Sequence record: OP079919.1
DNA: 64,000 nucleotides
DNA from: Klebsiella phage KPN8
Reading direction: 5' to 3' (one strand)
Shown here: positions 54,649 through 62,932 of the stretch, piece after piece
How the letters are laid out: each line of letters begins with the position of its first letter
Position numbering within the stretch: the first letter of the stretch is position 1
Position numbers and translations under genes: made by a program
The notes under the pieces: generated by a model
Databases searched by the model: none
Seen by the model: the letters and a program-made list of their open reading frames with translations, nothing else
What the model was told of the DNA's origin: nothing

Positions 54649-55509
54649 ATGTCTATCGCCCTAACCAAAGCGATTAAAGATATCCAGGTATCTTTAAAAG
54701 AGGTGGGGCTTTATCCTTCTAAGATCGATGGTGTATGGGGGGATGGAAGTTCGACCGGCTTCCTTACCCTCATCAACTATTATGCGTCTAAAGAAGGTAA
54801 AGCGTCTCAAGTTAAAATCGGTCCTAAAGTCGGCAACGAAGTGGCCTTTAAAACAGTTCAGCAACAACTCCAAAACATCGGGCTTTACACCGGCACGATC
54901 GACGGACTTTGGGGTAACGGAACCAAAACCGCTTTGGCAACTCTGAACAGCGCCTTCCGTTTAGGTTATCAACTGCCTAAATACAGCGCATGCTGGAGTA
55001 AGAAGGTTGAACCGGCATTCGTTGCCCGTTGTAAGAAATGGGTGGACGACGAAGCTCTGGTTCCTGAATGCCTTGATTACGTCATGGCGATTATGTGTTT
55101 CGAATCAGGCGGTACCTTCCGACCAGATATTCAGAATGGTGCTGGTGCCAACTATTGGGGTTTAATCCAATTCGGTACTGCGGCCGCAACCGATCTGGGT
55201 ACTACTCTTGACAAACTCAAGAAGATGACTCAGATGGAGCAACTGGAGTATGTGTTTAAATACTTCAAGATGCGGATGAGATCGTATAAACTGAAAAGTC
55301 TGGAAGATTTCTATATGTCCGTATTTTACCCGGCCGCAATAGGTAAATCTCCTGACACCATGATCTTCGCCAATGGTTCTGTTGGCTATCGTCAGAACAT
55401 CGGTCTGGACGTTGACAAAGACGGTAAGATTACCGTTGGAGAAATCAGCGTTAAAATCTATCAAACTTACTACGACGGGATGCTACCCGTTAATCGGAGA
55501 ATTGTCTAA
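54649..55509 (+). CDS. endolysin: two N-terminal peptidoglycan-binding repeats plus C-terminal SLT-type lytic transglycosylase domain (phiKZ gp144-like)
   Basis: Repeats EVGLYPSKIDGVWGDGSSTGFLTLINYY and NIGLYTGTIDGLWGNGTKTALATLN fit the PG_binding_1 pattern. CFESGGTFRPDIQNGAGANYWGLIQFGTAAA fits the SLT signature ES..........GA.GLMQ. ATG 54649 directly follows the RNAP stop. Confidence 0.8.
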   Translation: MSIALTKAIKDIQVSLKEVGLYPSKIDGVWGDGSSTGFLTLINYYASKEGKASQVKIGPKVGNEVAFKTVQQQLQNIGLYTGTIDGLWGNGTKTALATLNSAFRLGYQLPKYSACWSKKVEPAFVARCKKWVDDEALVPECLDYVMAIMCFESGGTFRPDIQNGAGANYWGLIQFGTAAATDLGTTLDKLKKMTQMEQLEYVFKYFKMRMRSYKLKSLEDFYMSVFYPAAIGKSPDTMIFANGSVGYRQNIGLDVDKDGKITVGEISVKIYQTYYDGMLPVNRRIV

Positions 55510-55670
55510 TGGACGATACCATTAAAGAAGCGGTCGCTATCGCCAATTTGTTTGAATTGGTTAAAGCAACAACCGGGAAAGTCGGACTTGAATATATGGC
55601 CCCCATTGATGATTCTCGTGCCGACGAAATTATCAGCGGTGCTATCAACGCGGCAGTAAAAGGACAATAA
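55509..55670 (+). CDS. small ORF (53 aa) between the endolysin and the major structural gene
   Basis: ATG overlaps the endolysin stop (TAATG); ends 2 nt before the next ATG; below the ORF-track length cutoff; no clear TM helix. Confidence 0.3.
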   Translation: MDDTIKEAVAIANLFELVKATTGKVGLEYMAPIDDSRADEIISGAINAAVKGQ

Positions 55671-55672
55671 CA

Positions 55673-57172
55673 ATGATCAAGCAATCTTCCGTTTTCATTG
55701 CGTTGCCTATCGCAGAAAGTTTGGTTGGTGTTAACAAAACCTTTGCTGATAAAAGTCATCCGCTCATCAAAGGCCTGAGCGATTGCAGCTATGGTCTGGT
55801 TCCTTATACCCTCGATAACCTTCCTTTGACTTTACCGGAAGTTACTCACGAGGAAATGGAACACGGCTTGCTGCTGGATGAAGCCAGTACAACGCTCGCC
55901 GAATCTGTCCGTAAAAGTTTCCAGCAGATCAGCCATTACCTCAAGCCTTTCGCGAAAAATCTCATCGAAGAAATCTACAAGGCCACGGATATCGATGAAG
56001 ACGCCACACGTCAGATTTTTGACCGTCTTCAGATTGAATACCGTAAGCTCGATTACGGTTTCTTCGACAGCCCGTTTTACCCGAAAGAGATCGACTCCAC
56101 TATCGACTACAGCAAGATCCCTCTGAAAGATCTGATGTTGCCGGATAACACAGTCGATAAAGACTTCACTGGGTTCGCTGAGTATATCCAGGCGCCTAAC
56201 GCAGAGATCAAAGAGATCTTCGAAGCATATCAGCCAGGCTGGGCGTTCGATAAATTTATTGGGAACAACAACTGGGCCGACGTCTTCAATATTTTCAACG
56301 GCTATGTTGATCTGACGACGGCTGGTTACAAAGACCCAGCTCCTCTGTTCAGCCTGTACGTGCTGTTTACGAAAATGAAAGCGGATGAAAATCCGGCTCC
56401 ATTCGTAAAAAATATCGAACTCCATCAGTATCGTGGTTACGTCAACCGGATGCACAATTTCCTGACTGTAGCACTTGTTTTTTGTTCTCGTTACTATCAG
56501 GGTTTGAAACTCACTCCAATGCCTGTTCTGTCTTTGGTGGGCAAAATGGAAATGGATCGTGGGATTAACCTTCTGCGCGGTAAAATTGTTGTAGGTCTTA
56601 CCAAAAAAGGTCTCGATATTTACGCAGCAGCGGCACCTGAAGGTTCTGTAAGTGAAGCACTGGTCGGTAAAGCCGTGGCTACGATCGCAACCAAGTCCGA
56701 TAAAGCCGGCTTGAACATCGTTGCAGGCGCAGAGTACTTCCAGGAAGTATTCCGCAATTACCTGGCTGGCGTAACGGGATCTCTGAACGCTAAGATCACT
56801 GAATCCTGTCGGGATGCAGTTGAGAATGCACTGATCAAGTTCCAGAACGAACACGCGGAACTCAAAGATACCGTGATGGGTCTCAATGACAAAATTGAAT
56901 TCCGTCGTCTGAGCCACGCTCTGCAGTCTGATGTGGATTCGTTCGTTGGTGGTTATAAATCGCAAGTTGTCGCTAACGGCGTCCCGCTGGATAAATACGT
57001 CATGGGATCTGATCTCGTTGCCTCTCTGGGTAGCCTGATGGGTATGACGTTCGCGGCGGATGTACTGCGCACCAGTTCTCGCTTGATCGGTTCAGGTGAG
57101 ATCACCGATGTTCAGAAACGCGAAGCGCTGACCGAAGCGGTTGTAAAATCTTTAGTTAAACATCTTGTCTAA
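55673..57172 (+). CDS. abundant structural protein (codon-optimised), function unknown
   Basis: Strong host-like codon bias with a 377-aa antisense shadow ORF; 499 aa; located in the virion/lysis block. Confidence 0.65.
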   Translation: MIKQSSVFIALPIAESLVGVNKTFADKSHPLIKGLSDCSYGLVPYTLDNLPLTLPEVTHEEMEHGLLLDEASTTLAESVRKSFQQISHYLKPFAKNLIEEIYKATDIDEDATRQIFDRLQIEYRKLDYGFFDSPFYPKEIDSTIDYSKIPLKDLMLPDNTVDKDFTGFAEYIQAPNAEIKEIFEAYQPGWAFDKFIGNNNWADVFNIFNGYVDLTTAGYKDPAPLFSLYVLFTKMKADENPAPFVKNIELHQYRGYVNRMHNFLTVALVFCSRYYQGLKLTPMPVLSLVGKMEMDRGINLLRGKIVVGLTKKGLDIYAAAAPEGSVSEALVGKAVATIATKSDKAGLNIVAGAEYFQEVFRNYLAGVTGSLNAKITESCRDAVENALIKFQNEHAELKDTVMGLNDKIEFRRLSHALQSDVDSFVGGYKSQVVANGVPLDKYVMGSDLVASLGSLMGMTFAADVLRTSSRLIGSGEITDVQKREALTEAVVKSLVKHLV

Positions 57173-57187
57173 TCGGGAATTTAATCC

Positions 57188-57913
57188 ATGAACTATTCGG
57201 CTCTAACGAGAAATAAGGATCGGGTCTTTAAAGCATTAAAAGAGTTAGAGGACCATTCGGTTATCGCTCTGGAGCCGTTAGAGGTTCATATCCCCAAACG
57301 CTTTATCGAGCGATCACTAGCCGATATCGGTGATAAGGTTGAAACGATCGGTGTTCTGGGGATCGTCATTCCCGATGTCGCTTATTGCTGCATGTATCGC
57401 GTTGCTACCGTAACACTGTCGCCAAGTAACATCAGGGAAATCACAATAGACGGCGTAAGATATGTCGTATTGGATTTCGAGAAGGGCGATACAGTCTTTA
57501 ACAACATCGAGGTCGTTAAAGACGAACATCTCAACTATTCTTACTACATGGAGTTCGGGTATTTCGCAAGGATTCCTTGGTACGTTGACGTAACGATGGC
57601 ACCTAAGCTTTTCGATTACGCTGGACTGATCACCGGTAAGAAAGTGGGGACGAGTCCTCAGGTATTCAGGGTGCTTTACGGATTATCATATCGAGATCCC
57701 GATAACTACGAGATCGCTTATCGTTACGGTCCAGGAATTAAGGCCGGGAAGAAACCTCACCTGGTGGGGCTCAACAACGGCAGCATGTTGATAGATGGAA
57801 CATTCAACCGCCTCATGGGCGGATATCTGGCCGACAACACCATTGCGGCTATTCTTAATCCTGATACCAAAGTCACTGATTCAGAAAAAGTGATGAAGGG
57901 ATCGCCAGAATAA
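57188..57913 (+). CDS. hypothetical protein
   Basis: 241-aa ORF. Confidence 0.5.
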   Translation: MNYSALTRNKDRVFKALKELEDHSVIALEPLEVHIPKRFIERSLADIGDKVETIGVLGIVIPDVAYCCMYRVATVTLSPSNIREITIDGVRYVVLDFEKGDTVFNNIEVVKDEHLNYSYYMEFGYFARIPWYVDVTMAPKLFDYAGLITGKKVGTSPQVFRVLYGLSYRDPDNYEIAYRYGPGIKAGKKPHLVGLNNGSMLIDGTFNRLMGGYLADNTIAAILNPDTKVTDSEKVMKGSPE

Positions 57914-57927
57914 AATAAGGGTAAACC

Positions 57928-58791
57928 GTGAGTCAGTTTTCTTTCGGCAACATTATTCTTGCCAGCAACGGTAAGAAAGGACTACTAAAGCCGATTGATG
58001 ATTCTGGTTACTATCTGCTTAACGCGGGGGGATTTAACGTCCCTAACCGTAACGGGATTAAATATACTGCCAACCAGTATATTCAAGAGTGTATGTCCGA
58101 GGACTCCGATCTCATGCGTCGTATTAAACGCGGTGAGGTTTATGGGGAATGCGGACATCCTCCTATGTTCTTTTACGAACGCGTCAACGGTGTGATAGTA
58201 AGAACCAAGATCACCGATCTTTATCAATGGATCATGCGTCTTAAAACTATCGACATGGACAGGGCGGCTTTCCACATTCGCAATATCCATTTTGATACTG
58301 ACGCATGGACCCCTAACAACAACGGCCCGATCTATAACAGTATCGAAGTTAAACCTTACCTTTCAACCGTGTTTGGTAAGATGTTTGAAGAGAACCTGTT
58401 AACACCTGATATGAACACCTCTGTTTCTATCAGGACGGTCACCGCTCCTCAGCAATTCGGTCATAAGTCTCGTGAGGTTGAATACTTCACTGGTTACGAT
58501 TGGGTTTATGAGGCGGGCATGGATTGGGCTAACAAACACATGACTGCGGGATGCGAAGCCTTCCTGCAAGAAATGGTGTTTGATGAAAAACAATCCATGA
58601 CGCTGGATACCGATACAGCTATTCAGCTGATCGAAGCAGGGCTGGAGAAGGTAGACAATATTCGTAGCGTTGAGGGCGTCGAAGCCTTTGAATCTATCAA
58701 AGGACTGCTCGGGTCTCTTAAACGTCACAACGAAGATCGTAAACAGAAACACACCATTTCCTACGCTTCTAACTGTCTGGATTTATTCTGA
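57928..58791 (+). CDS. hypothetical protein
   Basis: 287-aa ORF with GTG start; terminator downstream. Confidence 0.5.
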   Translation: MSQFSFGNIILASNGKKGLLKPIDDSGYYLLNAGGFNVPNRNGIKYTANQYIQECMSEDSDLMRRIKRGEVYGECGHPPMFFYERVNGVIVRTKITDLYQWIMRLKTIDMDRAAFHIRNIHFDTDAWTPNNNGPIYNSIEVKPYLSTVFGKMFEENLLTPDMNTSVSIRTVTAPQQFGHKSREVEYFTGYDWVYEAGMDWANKHMTAGCEAFLQEMVFDEKQSMTLDTDTAIQLIEAGLEKVDNIRSVEGVEAFESIKGLLGSLKRHNEDRKQKHTISYASNCLDLF

Positions 58792-58794
58792 TAA

Positions 58795-58829
58795 TAACTG
58801 GAGGGGGAAACCCCTCCAGTTATTTTTTA
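58795..58829 (+). terminator. intrinsic terminator
   Basis: TAACTGGAGGGGG-aaa-CCCCTCCAGTTA followed by TTTTTT. Confidence 0.8.
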
Positions 58830-58877
58830 CTCACATCCTATTTTTATGTCGACATAACACAATAAGCGAGTTTAACC

Positions 58878-59528
58878 ATGTTTAAGAAAGATCTCTCACT
58901 CACTCAACTTAACGATCTGGCAGCAATCAATTTTCTGGTAACCGCTCCTCTGGAAGTTAAATTGATCAGCAACCTTTACGGTGAGATGGAACGTATTTGG
59001 GGTCAGATGCGCGATCAATATGGCGAACATCTCATCGAACGCAATCTCGGGGGCGGGGTTAAATCTGACGGCGTAAGAGATTATGCCGAGAAACTCACCG
59101 TTCTCGTTTTTAACTCCATCGGATCATTCCAGCGTGGTCTGTCAAAGAAAACCATCGGTGATAAAAATGATGAAGCGACGACGCTCATTCGTCGTGTACC
59201 CGCATACACCGATCTGTCGAACGAAAAACTTTTCAAGATCTTCATGATCAATCTGTTCGGTTACGACGAAGATCTTATCGCAATCTCTTTTGCGACTAAC
59301 GATAAAGATCGTAGCAAACTGCTCTTCCGCTACATCCTCAATCGCTTTGACATCGTTCGTAACAATCCTGAGTCCGAAGAACTTATGGAAGGTTTCTATC
59401 CTGATAACTTCTTCGAGATCGTTGCCGAAAGACCAAGCGACGTTTATCAGGAATGTTTCGCGTACATCGTGGAACAGGGTTATCCGGTCATGAAAGCGCT
59501 GCAGTACTACGCGTCCTCTTTACGCTAA
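58878..59528 (+). CDS. hypothetical protein
   Basis: 216-aa ORF. Confidence 0.5.
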   Translation: MFKKDLSLTQLNDLAAINFLVTAPLEVKLISNLYGEMERIWGQMRDQYGEHLIERNLGGGVKSDGVRDYAEKLTVLVFNSIGSFQRGLSKKTIGDKNDEATTLIRRVPAYTDLSNEKLFKIFMINLFGYDEDLIAISFATNDKDRSKLLFRYILNRFDIVRNNPESEELMEGFYPDNFFEIVAERPSDVYQECFAYIVEQGYPVMKALQYYASSLR

Positions 59529-59658
59529 AAGTTTTAAGACCTATATAACTAAGGTGAGGCAAACACAGACAAAACAGTCTGGGTGATGTTGTAACATCAT
59601 CTTTTCGTTTCCTCATCTTTCTTATTTTAACATCCAATTTATTATCGAGGACCGAAGA

Positions 59659-60102
59659 GTGAGCAAACTTAACAAAACTTATGCTGAATCCCAAACTGCC
59701 GCTATTGCCAATCTGACCGAACACGCGAGCTACGACAAAGCAACGGCGCACACTACCTTTTCAGCAGAAAAGTTTTCTTTGCCTGAAGGGGTAACCCCTG
59801 AAAGTATTAAGACGCACAAAGATCTCTTCATTGACATCACCGGTGCGATCGAAGAAGCTACCGCGCAACAAACGCTGGCAGCTCATAAGGCCGATGAAAA
59901 AATTCTCACCACCACGGGTTCTCTGGAACTGGGCGGGGTCGTCTTTACCTCTCAACACCACCTGAAACAAAAAGTAGGGGAGCACGAACTGTTCGGCGGG
60001 AGTGTAACCAGCGTCGATTACATCTATTCTCCCGAAGCGACCGAATGGGCGGCAAGCATGCGCGCCAATAACGCGAGTATCGCCGAAGATCTTTTTAAAT
60101 AA
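59659..60102 (+). CDS. hypothetical protein
   Basis: 147 aa, GTG start after GAGGACCGAAGA; codon-biased; terminator downstream. Confidence 0.5.
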   Translation: MSKLNKTYAESQTAAIANLTEHASYDKATAHTTFSAEKFSLPEGVTPESIKTHKDLFIDITGAIEEATAQQTLAAHKADEKILTTTGSLELGGVVFTSQHHLKQKVGEHELFGGSVTSVDYIYSPEATEWAASMRANNASIAEDLFK

Positions 60103-60103
60103 G

Positions 60104-60156
60104 GCATTCTTACTCCTGCCCTTAGGGCAGGAGTAAATAAGGCATTTTTATTTTTT
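60104..60156 (+). terminator. intrinsic terminator (CTCCTAC family) flanked by direct repeat ATAAGGCATT
   Basis: TTACTCCTGCCC-tta-GGGCAGGAGTAA followed by TTTTTATTTTTT; AAGGCATT occurs on both sides of the hairpin. Confidence 0.75.
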
Positions 60157-60172
60157 AGGGGAAGAAAGTAGA

Positions 60173-60451
60173 ATGGCTTCTAAGTCAACCACAAGAATCT
60201 ACGAACTTGCAGATGGTGGGATTCGGATTGGGTTTGTGAGAAATGAAGAATCGATCAAGGTTAAGGTAGAACAGTTTGACCGAGAGCGCAAACTCATGAA
60301 TCTGTATGGTGCAACCATCCATATTTTAGAAAAAGCAGGTGCCATCACAGAATTAAGAAAAGTATTAGGTAAACAATTTCCTCGTTGGGGGTTCAATATG
60401 AATCCTGAAGCAAAGGAAGACATCGTGCTTACTTTTATCAAATTGTTCTAG
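60173..60451 (+). CDS. hypothetical small protein
   Basis: 92 aa; TTTTTTAGGGGAAGAAAGTAGAATG context. Confidence 0.5.
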   Translation: MASKSTTRIYELADGGIRIGFVRNEESIKVKVEQFDRERKLMNLYGATIHILEKAGAITELRKVLGKQFPRWGFNMNPEAKEDIVLTFIKLF

Positions 60452-60570
60452 TATTTTATGGTAGGGGTGCTTTAGGCACTCCTACTGGACTCATCGTGCA
60501 TTTTAATTCAACACACAAAAAGAATGAGACCTGTACTATTTAAGTAAGAACAATGATAGGAGTTGCTTTC

Positions 60571-61254
60571 ATGGATTCAATAAGCTGGTACGGAAAATTT
60601 AAAGCAGTAACCGAGGATTTGATTCCGGTTGATCTTTTACGGTACTGCTTATGGTCGATCACCTTTAATGACAAAGCGCATGATTTGAATCACGTTTATC
60701 ATGTTTGTAAACAAGGGAACGATCTTGCATTATTACAAGATTACGACGACCACTGGCGAAGCCTAGTATTAGCCGGTTGCCTGCTTCATGACATTGGGTG
60801 TCGTTACGATCGTAAAACCCATCATCTCATAGCCTATGGGTTGGTCTTCGATTTAACCCATCGTTATTGCACCGGACACTATTCGCCGGAAGAGACATTG
60901 ATCATTGCGAAAAGTTGTCTGGAGCACAGAGCAAGCTGGGAGGGTGATTTCAGTCATCCTATTTCAGAAACGGTTGCTCTGGCCGACAGAGGTATTCCTG
61001 ATTTCGAGTTATACTGCAAACGAGCCGTTCAGTTCAGGTTAGATCAAAACCTGACTGAAGATGTTTTGGTAGAAGAAGTTCGCGTTCACATGTTAGACAA
61101 GTTCCTACCTAAGACGGGTTACGTTTGGAAAAACTATCCTGAATTAGGATTGTCTTTATATGAACAAGAATGGAAAGTGTTCCACGATAAACTTAAAGAC
61201 GAAGTTGTCTTTAGAGAGGCTGTACTAGAAGCGTACCGTAAATTAAAATCTTAA
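60571..61254 (+). CDS. HD-domain phosphohydrolase-like protein
   Basis: H...H then LLHDIGCRYDRKTHHLIAYGLVFD matches the HD metal-binding motif. ATG 60571 sits 8 nt after AGGAG. Confidence 0.5.
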   Translation: MDSISWYGKFKAVTEDLIPVDLLRYCLWSITFNDKAHDLNHVYHVCKQGNDLALLQDYDDHWRSLVLAGCLLHDIGCRYDRKTHHLIAYGLVFDLTHRYCTGHYSPEETLIIAKSCLEHRASWEGDFSHPISETVALADRGIPDFELYCKRAVQFRLDQNLTEDVLVEEVRVHMLDKFLPKTGYVWKNYPELGLSLYEQEWKVFHDKLKDEVVFREAVLEAYRKLKS

Positions 61255-61311
61255 TCTATATTGTTAACGTCCTCATAAGGGGCGTTAACAATAACCTACG
61301 AGGAAATCATC

Positions 61312-61806
61312 ATGATTATTTTACTTGCTGTTTTTGCTATTATCCTTTGTATTGGTTTTTGTTATAAAAAGATCAATATCAAAAACGACATCGGAATCAA
61401 GGTTAACAACGCCACAAAGATGGTTATCGATATTAACCTTGGTAAAATTAAAGGCGAATTCAAGATCGTTAAACACAGTCGCTGTTTCAAACCAAGAGTC
61501 TCTCCTGGTCTAAATGGATTGGTTTATACCGTCCCTGTGTTTTGTACGTTATCTGAATTCATCACCGGCTTATATTCTGAAGAAATAAGACCTTACGACA
61601 AACAAAAAGATAAACACCTCTTAGACGTCGTCAGAGCCATCGTAGGGGCCGAATTAAAGGACGATGGTATGATTGCCTTATTCGACGACACGACCCTTTG
61701 TGAGACCGTAGAGAGAGCCAGAGAGTCATTTGTGATGAATAAGGATTATTTCTTCTCTGAGAAGGGGTGGAACCGAGGCAATGTTATTGCACCTATCAAC
61801 CTTTAA
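61312..61806 (+). CDS. membrane-anchored protein
   Basis: N-terminal hydrophobic helix MIILLAVFAIILCIGFCY; 164 aa. Confidence 0.5.
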   Translation: MIILLAVFAIILCIGFCYKKINIKNDIGIKVNNATKMVIDINLGKIKGEFKIVKHSRCFKPRVSPGLNGLVYTVPVFCTLSEFITGLYSEEIRPYDKQKDKHLLDVVRAIVGAELKDDGMIALFDDTTLCETVERARESFVMNKDYFFSEKGWNRGNVIAPINL

Positions 61807-61820
61807 TTAAGGATTTTAAA

Positions 61821-61961
61821 ATGTCTGACATGTTTGACGTGGATCAACTCAACAACCTGAACCTGGAAGCGGTTGAAGAGAAAGTCGAATCTCTTCGTGA
61901 TGGTGGCGGTGAAGTTGTCGAGGCTTCCGATGAATGTGAAGGCGGCGCCTGCAAAATTTAA
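61821..61961 (+). CDS. small acidic peptide ending in C-x4-C
   Basis: 46-aa ORF MSDMFDVDQLNNLNLEAVEEKVESLRDGGGEVVEASDECEGGACKI; AAGGA upstream; bidirectional terminator follows. Confidence 0.4.
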   Translation: MSDMFDVDQLNNLNLEAVEEKVESLRDGGGEVVEASDECEGGACKI

Positions 61962-61970
61962 AACGCGTAA

Positions 61971-62020
61971 TAACTCCTACTCCCCGCATGGGGAGTAGGA
62001 GTTAACAGTACTTTTTTTTC
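61971..62020. terminator. bidirectional terminator (CTCCTAC family)
   Basis: 15-bp stem TAACTCCTACTCCCC/GGGGAGTAGGAGTTA followed by a 9-T run between convergent genes. Confidence 0.8.
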
Positions 62021-62917
62021 TTACAGCATGTATTCAGGAGCGGTAACTTTAGCCGCTTCACGAGTCATCGCAGCAAGAGTTCCAGAATCGGTAAGACTCT
62101 GGAGAATCGCCGTAGGCTGCAGGAATCCGGATTCAGCACCGCGACCAGCTGGGTTATACATCGGGAGTTTGCTCAGGAAAGAACGAGCAATCTCTTTAGC
62201 GGCCTGGGTATCGAAATCGATCAGACCGGTGTATTCCATGTTGATGTCACGCATCTGACCAGCTTCGTCTTTGTTACGACGCATCTGGATTTCAACGGTG
62301 TTACGCGGCATGATGCCTACTGCAAGAGCAGCGTGGGCAACATCACGCATATTACGCGTCGGTTCCAGATAAATGTTCGCACAAGAGATTTGGTCGATCA
62401 GGAGATCACCTGGATCGTCGAGGATAACCGCACGAGGGTGACCCAGATCCGGATCGTTCAAACCATACAGAGACCAGGAGCGATGGAGGTTAGTATAAAC
62501 CTCACCTTCGATATCCACGCCAGCATGGTTGATAACACCGAGGGTACGAGTACCGCCCGACGGCACGGAGAATACACGGCCAGAGAAACGCTGTTCTGCG
62601 AATTCGGTCTCGATACGTTCAGAGAGACCGGTGATTTCACGACTACGCGTTTCAAACCAGGATTTCGCCAGTGAGTGGAGGATGTTACCTGCCGGCATAC
62701 GGCTAAACAACGCAGGGGTGCTGATACAGAAGCACCAGGTCTGCTGTTGAATATGCGGATGCTCGGAGACCATGTTGGCGATATTGGGAGCCCAGCCATA
62801 CTGGCCCCCTTGAGGGCCATTCAGAACAGGACGGTCGCCCACGCCGAACGCAGAGTACCATTCAGAACTCCCAGGTACCAGCGTGGTTGTGTTCCTAAAC
62901 GGAGTGTTGCTTGACAT
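62021..62917 (-). CDS. virion structural protein (codon-optimised)
   Basis: 298-aa minus-strand ORF with strong codon bias and many antisense shadow ORFs. Confidence 0.6.
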   Translation of the reverse strand: MSSNTPFRNTTTLVPGSSEWYSAFGVGDRPVLNGPQGGQYGWAPNIANMVSEHPHIQQQTWCFCISTPALFSRMPAGNILHSLAKSWFETRSREITGLSERIETEFAEQRFSGRVFSVPSGGTRTLGVINHAGVDIEGEVYTNLHRSWSLYGLNDPDLGHPRAVILDDPGDLLIDQISCANIYLEPTRNMRDVAHAALAVGIMPRNTVEIQMRRNKDEAGQMRDINMEYTGLIDFDTQAAKEIARSFLSKLPMYNPAGRGAESGFLQPTAILQSLTDSGTLAAMTREAAKVTAPEYML

Positions 62918-62932
62918 TTAGAGTCACCTTAC

